The notes under the pieces were generated by a model, which had not been told where the DNA came from, ran no database searches, and saw only the letters and a list, made by a program, of their open reading frames with translations. A program made the translations under genes and the position numbers. A DNA stretch of 32,000 nt from assembly GCF_005080705.1 (NCBI RefSeq), contig NZ_CP032996.1, forward strand, positions 150,001 through 182,000, given 5' to 3'. The DNA is from Buchnera aphidicola (Therioaphis trifolii). Its GTDB lineage: Bacteria; Pseudomonadota; Gammaproteobacteria; Enterobacterales; Enterobacteriaceae. Below, piece after piece: positions 20,347 through 30,300 of the stretch (within the stretch, counting starts at the first letter, position 1; every line of letters starts with the position of its first letter).

Positions 20347-21135
20347 TTATAAATTAATATATATTTTTTTTATTTTTTCACTTATTCTTTTTGTTAAAAT
20401 TTCACATCCGTTTTGAGTAATTAAAATAGTATGTTCATATTGTGCTGATAAACAATTATCTTTAGTACAAACAGTCCAATGATCATCCATACAAAACACT
20501 TCTTGACTTCCAGCATTAATAATTGGTTCAATAGTAAATATCATGCCTTTTTTTAAAATGATATTATCATCATAATTATCATAATGTAAAATATTAGGTT
20601 TTTCATGAAAATTCATTCCAATACCATGTCCACAATATTCTTTTACAATAGAAAAAGGTGTTTTTTTAATATAATTTTCTATAGTTTTACCAATAACATT
20701 TAATGGTAATCCTGGTTTTATTACTGAAAATGTAATATATAAACTTTTTTTTGCTACTTGACATAATTTTTTTGCTATTTTATTTGTTTTTCCAACAATA
20801 AACATTTTTGAAGTATCAGCATAGTACTTATTTTTTATAATTGTAATATCAATATTTACAATATCTCCATTTTTTAATTTTCTTTCATTTGGTATTCCAT
20901 GACATACCACTTCATTAACAGAAATACAAGTTGATTTAGGAAATCCATTATATCCTAAACAACCTGAAATAGCTTTTTGTTCTTTAGTAATATAATTATG
21001 ACAAATACGATCTAATTCTGAAGTTGTAATATCTGAAACAACATATGGTTTAATTTTTTGTAATACTTCACTAGCTAAATATCCAGATATTCTCATTTTT
21101 TCAATTTCTTGATTATTTTTTATATAAATATTCAT
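20347..21135 (-). CDS. map: Methionine aminopeptidase type I
   Basis: A 262-aa ORF with metal-ligand blocks (VVCHGIP, DIVNIDIT, CGHGIG, FTIEP, QYEHTI) typical of MetAP-I. Confidence 0.95.
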   Translation of the reverse strand: MNIYIKNNQEIEKMRISGYLASEVLQKIKPYVVSDITTSELDRICHNYITKEQKAISGCLGYNGFPKSTCISVNEVVCHGIPNERKLKNGDIVNIDITIIKNKYYADTSKMFIVGKTNKIAKKLCQVAKKSLYITFSVIKPGLPLNVIGKTIENYIKKTPFSIVKEYCGHGIGMNFHEKPNILHYDNYDDNIILKKGMIFTIEPIINAGSQEVFCMDDHWTVCTKDNCLSAQYEHTILITQNGCEILTKRISEKIKKIYINL

Positions 21136-21381
21136 TTTTATTTTATTTAAGTTATGATTAATAAAAAAATAATAATTTATTTTTTTACAATAAAATTAGT
21201 ATTTTATATTTAAAAATTTTTATTATATTAATTAATATTTTAATAAAATTAAATATATTATATAATAGTATTTTATAATATTTTTCTATAATATATTATA
21301 TTTTTTATATAAAATATATAATATTATTTTTTAAATAATTAATTAAAATAAAAAAATTTAAAAATTTATGAGGTAATAATT

Positions 21382-22062
21382 TTGAATATAATTACTGTTA
21401 ATGATATGATAAAAGCTGGTGTACATTTTGGACATCAAACTCGATATTGGAATCCTAAAATGAAACCATTTATTTTTGGAGAACGTAATAATATACATAT
21501 TATTAATTTAGAAAAAACTATTTCTATGTTTAATACTGCATTATTAGAATTACGAAAAATTTTTTTAAAAAAAAAAAAAATATTATTTATTGGAACTAAA
21601 AAATCTGCTAGTGAAATGATTAAAAAAGTAGCAATACGTTGTAATCAATTTTATGTTAATAAAAGATGGTTAGGAGGAATGTTAACTAATTGGAAAACTG
21701 TACGTCAATCTATTCAAAGATTAAAAGAATTAGAAATTCAAATAAAAGATGGAACATTATCTAAATTAACTAAAAAAGAGGGTTTATTAAGAACAAAAGA
21801 ATTATTAAGATTAGAAAATAGTTTAGGAGGTATTAAAAATATGGGTAGTTTACCTGATGTTCTTTTTATCATTGATGCCCATCATGAACGTATTGCTATT
21901 AAAGAAGCAAATAATTTAGGAATTCCTATTTTTTCTATTGTCGATACTAATTCTGATCCAGATGGTATAGATTTTGTAATTCCAGGAAATGATGATGCTA
22001 TTCGTGCTGTAAATTTATATTTAAATACTATAATAAAATTTATATTTAAAAATAATGTTTAA
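21382..22062 (+). CDS. rpsB: 30S ribosomal protein S2 (TTG start; C-terminal tail shortened)
   Basis: The ORF reads (M)[45 protein letters not shown]..., collinear from residue 1 with E. coli S2 when started at TTG 21382. An AGGT Shine-Dalgarno sits at 21371-21374 and an in-frame stop at 21349-21351. It is 226 aa versus 241 aa in E. coli. Confidence 0.93.
   Translation: MNIITVNDMIKAGVHFGHQTRYWNPKMKPFIFGERNNIHIINLEKTISMFNTALLELRKIFLKKKKILFIGTKKSASEMIKKVAIRCNQFYVNKRWLGGMLTNWKTVRQSIQRLKELEIQIKDGTLSKLTKKEGLLRTKELLRLENSLGGIKNMGSLPDVLFIIDAHHERIAIKEANNLGIPIFSIVDTNSDPDGIDFVIPGNDDAIRAVNLYLNTIIKFIFKNNV
21567..21580 (+). repeat. A14 homopolymer inside rpsB, in frame (LKKKKI)
   Basis: Direct count of 14 consecutive A. 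Confidence 0.92.
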
Positions 22063-22158
22063 AATATAATATAAATTAATAAAATTAAATATCAAATTTT
22101 AATAATTTATATTAATTTAATTAATTAACTTTTTTATTTTTAAATTAAGGAATCAATA

Positions 22159-22953
22159 ATGCATATTAATTCTGAACTTATAAAAAAATTAAGATTAAAA
22201 TCAGGAATTGGTATTATGGAATGTAAAAAAGCATTATTATTAGCTAATGGAGATATTCAAAAAGCAATTTTTATTTTAAAAAAAAATGGAAATATTAAAG
22301 CAGAAAATAAAATTAAAAATATTGCATTAAGAGGTATAATTTCAACATCTATAAATAATGGATATTCTTGTATTTTAGAATTAAATTGTGAAACTGATTT
22401 TGTAGAAAAACATATTGATTTTATTAAATTTTCAAAAGAAATATTATTAATAGCATATAATCAACAAATTAAAGATTTATTAAATTTAAGAAAAATATTT
22501 GAAGAACAAAGAATTATGTTAGTTTCTAAATTTAGTGAAAATATTATTATTCGTAGATTTCAAGCTTTTTTTAGTAATAAAATTACTTCTTATGTTCATA
22601 GAAATAGAATTGGTGTATTAGTAGAATCAAATTTTAAAAATAAAGATAATATTAAAAAAATTGCTATGCATATTGCAGCTAATAATCCAGATTATTTAAG
22701 TCGTAATGATATTCCAAGTGAAGTTATTAAAAAAGAAAAAAAAATACAATTAGAAATAGCTTTATCTTCAGGTAAACCTTTATCTATAGCAAAAAAAATA
22801 GTTGATGGAAGGATGGAAAAATTTTTTAAAAAAATATGTTTATTAGAACAACAATGTGTTTTTAATATTGAAAAAAAAATTAAAGATTTCATTTTTGAAA
22901 ATAATGGAAAAATTTTTAATTTTATTCGTTTTGAATTAGGTGAAGAATTTTAA
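22159..22953 (+). CDS. tsf: Elongation factor Ts
   Basis: A 264-aa ORF with the N-terminal UBA-like motif LIKKLRLKSGIGIMECKKALLLANGDIQKAI and the motif ELNCETDFV. An AAGGA Shine-Dalgarno lies 7 nt upstream, and the gene follows rpsB as in the rpsB-tsf operon. Confidence 0.94.
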   Translation: MHINSELIKKLRLKSGIGIMECKKALLLANGDIQKAIFILKKNGNIKAENKIKNIALRGIISTSINNGYSCILELNCETDFVEKHIDFIKFSKEILLIAYNQQIKDLLNLRKIFEEQRIMLVSKFSENIIIRRFQAFFSNKITSYVHRNRIGVLVESNFKNKDNIKKIAMHIAANNPDYLSRNDIPSEVIKKEKKIQLEIALSSGKPLSIAKKIVDGRMEKFFKKICLLEQQCVFNIEKKIKDFIFENNGKIFNFIRFELGEEF

Positions 22954-22996
22954 AAAATATTTTATAATATAATAATATAATTTTAAAAATAAAATT

Positions 22997-23728
22997 GTGA
23001 TATTAAAAATGAAATTTATATATAAACGTATTTTATTTAAAATTAGTGGAGAAGTTATTAAAAATATTAATAATAAAAAATTTCAGAATTCTATTATTTT
23101 TAATATTATTAAAGATATTAAATATTTAATTAAACATGGTATTGAAATTAGTATTATAATTGGTGGAGGTAATTTATTTAGAGGATCTGAATTAACTAAA
23201 ATCGGTATTAATAGAATTACAGCTGATTATATTGGAATATTATCAACTGTAATTAATGGATTATTTTTAAAAGATTTATTTAATAAATATAATATTTCTG
23301 TATGTTTAATGTCTTCTAATATTGTCAATGATGTATGTGAAAAATATAATTTAGAAAAAGCTATAAATTTATTATCTAATTCTGTTGTTGTAATTTTTTG
23401 CGGGGGTTTTGGTTATCCATTTTTTACAACAGATTCAGCTGCATGTTTAAGAGCAATTGAAACGTGTTCTGATATTATTTTAAAAGGTACTCAAGTCAAT
23501 GGTGTATATTCTAAAGATCCCAAAAATTATAAAAATGCTATTTTATATGATAAATTAAATTATCAAGATGTTTTAAAAAATGAATTTAAAATTATGGATT
23601 TAACAGCATTTATATTAGCTAGAGATCATAATATTCCAATTTGTATTTTTAATATTTATAATAAAAAGGCTTTAATACGTATTTTATTTGGAGAAAAAGA
23701 AGGCACAATAATTCATAATAATATTTAA
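22997..23728 (+). CDS. pyrH: UMP kinase
   Basis: YKRILFKISGE...IIIGGGNLFRG...FFTTDSAACLRAIE...GVYSKDPKNY...MDLTAFILARDH matches PyrH. The ORF opens at the GTG at 22997. The ATG at 23009 (MKFIYKRIL) is the more likely start by alignment to E. coli. Confidence 0.92.
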   Translation: MILKMKFIYKRILFKISGEVIKNINNKKFQNSIIFNIIKDIKYLIKHGIEISIIIGGGNLFRGSELTKIGINRITADYIGILSTVINGLFLKDLFNKYNISVCLMSSNIVNDVCEKYNLEKAINLLSNSVVVIFCGGFGYPFFTTDSAACLRAIETCSDIILKGTQVNGVYSKDPKNYKNAILYDKLNYQDVLKNEFKIMDLTAFILARDHNIPICIFNIYNKKALIRILFGEKEGTIIHNNI

Positions 23729-23779
23729 ATATGTTATTATTTTTTTATTATATATAATATATTTATTTAAAATTTTTAT

Positions 23780-24349
23780 TTGGATGAATATATGGAATAT
23801 GATATTATTAAAAATATAAAACTTCGTATGGAAAAATGTATAGAAAAATTTAATATTAATATTAATAATATTCGTGTTGGTCGTATTTCTACTAAATTAT
23901 TAGATAAAATTAAAATAGAATATTATGGTGTGAAAAAAAAAATAAAAGAATTATCAAATATTACAATTGAAAATTCTAATACATTAAAAATAACTGTATT
24001 TGATAAAAATATTATTCGAGAAATTGAAAAAAAAATATTTCATTCAAATTTAGGTGTAACTCCAATAGTAAATAATAACTTTATTAAAATTATTGTACCT
24101 CCAATTACAGAAGAAAGGAGAAAAAAAATTGTTAAAGACATTCAAATAGAATCGGAATATACTCGTATTAATATTAGAAATATTCGTCGAGATGCAAATA
24201 ATTTTTTAAAAAAATCAGTAAAGAATAAAACTATTAATATAGATATAGAATATAATATTCAAAATGAAATACAAAATTTAACAAATTATTATATTAATAA
24301 AATTAATTCTTTATTAAGTAAAAAAGAATTAGAAATTATGAAAATATAA
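23780..24349 (+). CDS. frr: Ribosome recycling factor
   Basis: RMEKCIEKF...IRVGRIS..LLD.IKIEYYG...PPITEERRKKIVK...NIRNIRRDAN matches Frr. The ORF opens at the TTG at 23780. The ATG at 23792 (MEYDIIKNI) gives a length closest to E. coli (185 aa). Confidence 0.92.
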   Translation: MDEYMEYDIIKNIKLRMEKCIEKFNININNIRVGRISTKLLDKIKIEYYGVKKKIKELSNITIENSNTLKITVFDKNIIREIEKKIFHSNLGVTPIVNNNFIKIIVPPITEERRKKIVKDIQIESEYTRINIRNIRRDANNFLKKSVKNKTINIDIEYNIQNEIQNLTNYYINKINSLLSKKELEIMKI

Positions 24350-24404
24350 AATAAAAATATTTATTATATTATTTTTTAAAATTTTTTATTAATTTAAATG
24401 TAAA

Positions 24405-26828
24405 GTGAAAATTTTTATGATAAGATTTATATTTCTATTTTATTTATTTTTTTGTAATACAATTAGTATTTCTGAAGCTAATATTAAAATTAAAACAATA
24501 CATAATATAAATTTAAAAAAAATATATCATTTAAATAAATATAATACTGTTAAAAATATTAATATTAAAAAAAATTTATTAAATAAGATTCATGATACAA
24601 ATTTAAAATTATCATCTAAAAATATTTTAAATAATACAATAAAAACAAATCTAAACAATAATAATTCATTATTTATATTAGAAAATGATCCAATTATTTC
24701 AAATATTTCTTGTTTTGGAAATCATGAGATTAATAAACATACAATTTTAAATCAATGTAAATTTTTAGGATTTAAAGTTCATAGTATGTTAAATAAAAAA
24801 TTAATAAATCAATTACAAAATAATTTAAAAAATATTTATAATAATATTGGTTTATATGATGCAAAAATTAATATTGATTATGAATTTATAAAATATAATT
24901 CAGTCATTTTAAAAATTAATATATTTGAAGGAAATTACAGAATATTACAAGATATTCATATTTTTGGGAATAAATTATTTTCAAAAAATTTTATTATTTC
25001 ATTATTTCAATCCTATCCAAATTATTTTCAAAGAAAAATATTTAATAATAATACATATGATAATGATATTTTTCAGATGGATTTAAAAAAATTAAAACAT
25101 TTTTATTATGAAAATGGATATGTTAATTTTAAAATTAAAAAAGTTAATTTTGTATTATCAAAAAATAAACGTGATTTATCAATAAATATTATTATTGATG
25201 AAGGTCATCAATATAATATATCTTCTATAATTTTTCATGGAGATTTTGAAAATTATACAAATAAAATTTATGATCAATTATCAAATATAAAAATACATGA
25301 TAAATATAATTTATATGATATTCAAAATTTTAAAAATAAATTAAAAATTTATTTTTTAAATCATGGTTTTTTAAAATTTAATATCAATACTTGTTCTATT
25401 TTAAATAAAAAAAATAAATCTATAATTTTACATATTTATATTAATTTAGGACCAAGATTTACTGTTAATAAAATTGAAATTAAAGGAAATAAATTTACTA
25501 AAGATAAAATATTAAATAATTTTATTAAAGATATATCATTAGGTTCATATGTAAATTTACCATTATTAAAACAAATAAAATGTGATATTGAAAATTCTGG
25601 ATATATAAGAAATGTTGTTGTTGATATTAATCCATCAAAACATTTTTCAGATAAAATAGATATTATATATAAAATTAAAGAAAAAAAATTGAATGATATT
25701 AATACAGATGTAGGATATAATATTTTTAATGGAATAAATATTAATTTAAAATTACAACATAATAATTATTTAGGTTACGGAATTCAAACAATAGTTAATA
25801 CTTTTCATAATAATGATGAAAATTCTATTGATTTATCATTAAAATATCCAAACATTTTTAAAAATGTTACTTTAAATAATCGTATTTTTTATCATCTTGA
25901 GAAAAGTAAAGATAATAAATTTTATTATTTAATGAATCAAAATTATGGTTCAGAAACAGGTTTAAAATTTCAAAATTTTAAAAATCATATTATGAATGTA
26001 AGTTTAAATTATAATAAAGAAAATTTTTTACATTTAGGTAATTCTTTTTTTTCTTGGAAAGATTTCCGATTTATAAAAATGAATAATAATAATAATAATC
26101 AAGTTATTTTAAATAAAAATAATTCTAATACTATAATTTTATATTCATGGTTATATAATACTTTACCTAATGTAAATTTTCCAAAATCTGGTAGTTCAGT
26201 ATCTGTTGAAGGAAAGTTATTCTTTAACAAATATTTTAAAAATTTTCATAAAGAGGTATTTTCTTTAGAAAATTATAGTTCTATATTTAAAAATTTAGGA
26301 TGTACTTTAAAAACTCGTATTCATGTTGGTATAGAATCTTCGTTGAACATAAATGATATTCCAAATTATGAACGTTTTTACATGGAAGGAGAAAATAATA
26401 TAAGAGGGTTTATTAATAATAGTATTAAACCTGAAATTTCATGTGTAGATAAAAATGATAATGTAAATGATAATACATCTAATTTAGTAAAATTAAATCA
26501 TAAAATAGGTGGTAATAGTTTTATTATTAGTAAAATTGATTTAATAATACCAAATTTATTTATTTTAAAAAATTATAATAATTTTTTACAAACTTCTTTA
26601 TTTTTTGATTGTGGAAATATTTGGAATGTACATTGGAATGATTCTATATATAATGTATTTCATAATATTAAAAATATCAATATTATTAATAATGTACGTG
26701 CTTCAACAGGAATTGAAACTATTATAATGTCTCCAATTGGACCTTTAAAATTTTCATATTCATATCCTATATTATATGAATTAACAGATTTATTAAAAAA
26801 TTTTCAATTTAATATTTATAATAATTAA
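24405..26828 (+). CDS. bamA: Outer membrane protein assembly factor BamA (Omp85/YaeT), highly diverged
   Basis: An 807-aa ORF (E. coli BamA is 810 aa). It has a hydrophobic N-terminal signal-like segment (FIFLFYLFFCNTISISEA) and POTRA-like repeats (I..I.F.GN..F). It also has C-terminal barrel motifs (RFYMEGENNIRGF, GGNSF, FFDCGNIW) and a terminal FQFNI. It sits in the expected position after frr. The start is the GTG at 24405 or the ATG at 24417. Confidence 0.88.
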   Translation: MKIFMIRFIFLFYLFFCNTISISEANIKIKTIHNINLKKIYHLNKYNTVKNINIKKNLLNKIHDTNLKLSSKNILNNTIKTNLNNNNSLFILENDPIISNISCFGNHEINKHTILNQCKFLGFKVHSMLNKKLINQLQNNLKNIYNNIGLYDAKINIDYEFIKYNSVILKINIFEGNYRILQDIHIFGNKLFSKNFIISLFQSYPNYFQRKIFNNNTYDNDIFQMDLKKLKHFYYENGYVNFKIKKVNFVLSKNKRDLSINIIIDEGHQYNISSIIFHGDFENYTNKIYDQLSNIKIHDKYNLYDIQNFKNKLKIYFLNHGFLKFNINTCSILNKKNKSIILHIYINLGPRFTVNKIEIKGNKFTKDKILNNFIKDISLGSYVNLPLLKQIKCDIENSGYIRNVVVDINPSKHFSDKIDIIYKIKEKKLNDINTDVGYNIFNGININLKLQHNNYLGYGIQTIVNTFHNNDENSIDLSLKYPNIFKNVTLNNRIFYHLEKSKDNKFYYLMNQNYGSETGLKFQNFKNHIMNVSLNYNKENFLHLGNSFFSWKDFRFIKMNNNNNNQVILNKNNSNTIILYSWLYNTLPNVNFPKSGSSVSVEGKLFFNKYFKNFHKEVFSLENYSSIFKNLGCTLKTRIHVGIESSLNINDIPNYERFYMEGENNIRGFINNSIKPEISCVDKNDNVNDNTSNLVKLNHKIGGNSFIISKIDLIIPNLFILKNYNNFLQTSLFFDCGNIWNVHWNDSIYNVFHNIKNINIINNVRASTGIETIIMSPIGPLKFSYSYPILYELTDLLKNFQFNIYNN
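26082..26099 (+). repeat. (AAT)6 trinucleotide repeat encoding Asn6 inside bamA
   Basis: Six tandem AAT codons read directly after ATG 26079-26081; the protein reads KMNNNNNNQV. Confidence 0.9.
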
Positions 26829-26866
26829 TATTTAAAATTAATTTTATTAAAATAACATTATTTTAA

Positions 26867-27319
26867 ATGAATATTATATATAAATTTATGAAAAATATTT
26901 TAAAATTTATACCACAAAGATATCCATTTTTATTAATTGATCGTATTCAATGTTGTAATAATAAAAATACTATTAAAGTAATTAAAAATATTACTTTAAA
27001 TGATCCCCTCTTACAAGGACATTCCCCTGATAAATTTATTTTTCCAGGGGTATTAATATTAGAATCAATTTTACAGTCTTCTATAATTTTAGCATCAATT
27101 AATCATCCCGAAAATAAAAATTCAAATGGTTTTTATTGTGTTAATAAAATATATTCAGTAAAATTTAAAAAATTTGTTTTACCTGGAGATCAATTAATAA
27201 TAAAAGTAAAACTATTAAAAGAATATAAAAAATTTATTTTTTTTAAAGGTACTGTTTTTGTTGAAAATAATTTTATTTGTTGTGCTAATATTATTTGTAA
27301 ATATGTTTTATATTTTTAA
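26867..27319 (+). CDS. fabZ: 3-hydroxyacyl-ACP dehydratase
   Basis: A 150-aa [16 protein letters not shown]...[26 protein letters not shown]...VLPGDQLII is collinear with E. coli FabZ (LPHRFPFLLVDRV...[23 protein letters not shown]...VVPGDQMIM). The catalytic His and Glu positions are conserved. Confidence 0.9.
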   Translation: [150 protein letters not shown]

Positions 27320-27369
27320 TTTTTTTAAAATTATTTAATATTCATTAATATAAAGTTATATATTAAAAT

Positions 27370-30300
27370 ATGATAAAACCTAAATTTATTCATTTAAATA
27401 CCAGGAGTGATTATTCTATTACTAGTGGATTAAATAAACCCCAAGAATTAGTTAAAAAATCTTTTTTATTAAATATGCCAGCAATAGGAATGATAGATTC
27501 CTCTAATTTTTATGGTGTTATTAAATTTTATAAATCTGCTATTAAATATGGTATTAAACCAATTATTGGTGTTAAATTAAAAATACAATTTAATTTTATT
27601 AAAAATATTACTTCTGAAATTAATATTTTAGCTACTAATAAAATAGGTTATAAAAATTTAATTTTATTAATATCTAAAGCTCATTTAAAAAAAAATAATT
27701 TTTCTTTAAATAATATTTTTATAAAACAAGATTGGTTAATTAAATATAGAAAAGGTTTAATTATTCTTTCAGGAGGATATAATGGTGATTTTGGAAAATA
27801 TATAATTAATAAAGAATATGACATTATTAATTTATTTTTAGATTTTTATAATACTTATTTTTTAGATTATTATTATTTTGAAATACATCGTACTAATCGT
27901 ATATATGAAGAACAATATTTACAATTTGTCATTGAAATTTCAAAAATAAAAAATATTCCTGTTGTTGCAACGAATGATGTGTGTTTTATTAATAAAGATG
28001 ATTTTGATATTCATAATATTAAATTGGCTATTGATCAAAAAAAAACTATAAATTATAAAAAAAATTATTTAAATTATAGTAATGATCAATTTATGAAAAA
28101 TGAACATGAAATGTGTATTTTATTTCATGATATTCCTGAAGCATTACAAAATAGTATTGAAATTGCAAAACGATGTAATGTCAATATTGAAAATAAAAAA
28201 TATTTTTTACCTAAATTTCCAATAAAACATATTAATGAAAAAGATTTTTTAATTTCTAAAAGTATTCAAGGTTTAAAAAATAGATTACTTATTTTATATC
28301 CAGAAGAAAAAATTAGAAAAAATATATTTAAAAAATATCAAAAAAGATTATTTTTAGAATTAAAAATTATTAATAAAATGAATTTTCCAGGATATTTTTT
28401 AATTGTTATGGAATTTATACAATGGGCTAAAGATAATGATATACCAGTTGGCCCAGGGAGAGGATCTGGTGCTGGATCTTTAGTTGCTTATGCTTTAAAA
28501 ATTACTGAACTAGATCCTTTACAGTTTGGTTTAATTTTTGAACGTTTTTTAAATCCTGAAAGAAAATCTATGCCAGATTTTGATATTGATTTTTGTATGG
28601 AAAAAAGAGATTTAGTTATTGAACATGTTTCAAAATTTTATGGAACAGAAAATGTAGCTCAAATTATTACATTTGGAACAATGTCTACTAAAGCAGTAAT
28701 ACGAGATGTAGGAAGAGCTTTAGGTTATCCTTATGGTTTTGTAAATAAAATTTCTCAATTGATACCCTTAGATATTGGTATTACTTTAAAAAAATCATTA
28801 TCTAAAAAATTTCATTTATTAAAATTATATAAAAAAAATATTGAAATTAAACGTTTAATTGACATAGCTCTAAGATTAGAGGGTGTTGTTAGAAATACAG
28901 GTAAACATGCTGGGGGTGTTGTTATTTCTCCAGATAAATTAACTAATTTTACTCCTTTACAATGTGATAATAATGTTTTTATCACACAATTAGATAAAGA
29001 TGATATTAATCATGTAGGATTATTAAAATTTGATTTTTTAGGTTTAAGAACATTAACTATAATACATTCTGCAATTAAAATGATTAATAAATCTTTAAAA
29101 AAAAACAATCATTTTATTAATTTAAGTTCAATACCATTAAATGATAAAAAAAGTTTTACATTATTACAAACTGCAAATACTATTTCAGTATTTCAATTAG
29201 AATCATATGGTATGAGAGAATTAATTATAAAATTAAAACCTGATTGTTTTGAAGATATTATTTCTTTGATTGCATTATTTCGACCTGGTCCATTACAATC
29301 TGGTATGGTAGATAATTTTATTAATCGTAAACATGGTAGAGAACCTATTTTTTATCCTGATATTAAATGGCAACATAAATCTTTAAAACCAATTTTAAAA
29401 TCAACTTATGGAATTATATTATATCAAGAACAAGTAATAAAAATCGCTCAAGTATTATCAGGTTATAAATTATCTAAAGCAGATATATTACAACGTGCTA
29501 TGTCTAAAAAAAAAATTAAGGAAATGGCAGAACAACGTATTGATTTTCAAAAAAATGCTAAAAAAAATAATATATCTTATGATTTTTCAAGTAAAATTTT
29601 TGATTTATTAGAAAAATTTTCAGGTTATGGATTTAATAAATCACATTCAGCTGCTTATGCATTAATTTCTTATCAAACATTATGGATGAAAGCGAATTAT
29701 CCTTCTGAATTTATGTCTTCTGTTATGAATGCTGATATTGATAATATTGAAAAAATTAAAATTTCTATTCAAGAATGTTTAAGATTAAAAATTAAAATAA
29801 TTCCTCCTAATATTAATATCAGTATGTATCATTTTCAAGTGAATTCACATTCTGATATTATTTATGGTTTAGGAGGTATTAAAGGTGTTGGAAAATCTGT
29901 TGTACAAGAAATTGTTTCTGTTAGAAAACGAATTAAAAAATTTAATAGTTTTTTTGATTTTTGTACAAATATTAAATCAAAATTTATTAATAAAAGAATT
30001 TTAGAAAAATTAATTTTTTCAGGATCTTTTGATTGTTTTAAAATAAAAAGATATATATTAATTTATTTAATACCTAAAGCAATAAAATTATCTAAAGAAT
30101 ATGATATTTTTAAAAATATTAATCAATTAAATTTATTAAAAAAGCAAAAAAATAATCATTTAACATCATATTATTTATCTTCTACAAATCAATCTAATTA
30201 TTTTTCTTATAAAAAACAATTAGATTATGAAAAAGATGTATTAGGATTTTATTTAACTGGACATCCTATTATTGAATATCTTCGTGAATTAAATTATTAT

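Noticed and set aside
21136-21381. Small ORFs in the map/rpsB divergent spacer, for example ATGATTAATAAAAAAATAATA..., about 19 codons
   Set aside because: They have no Shine-Dalgarno, a low-complexity composition and nothing to support conservation. Short ATG-to-TAA frames of this kind are expected by chance in A/T-rich DNA.
26830-26845. A 14-nt A/T palindrome (TAAAATTAATTTTA) between bamA and fabZ
   Set aside because: It is short, entirely A/T and has no loop. It cannot be told apart from background.
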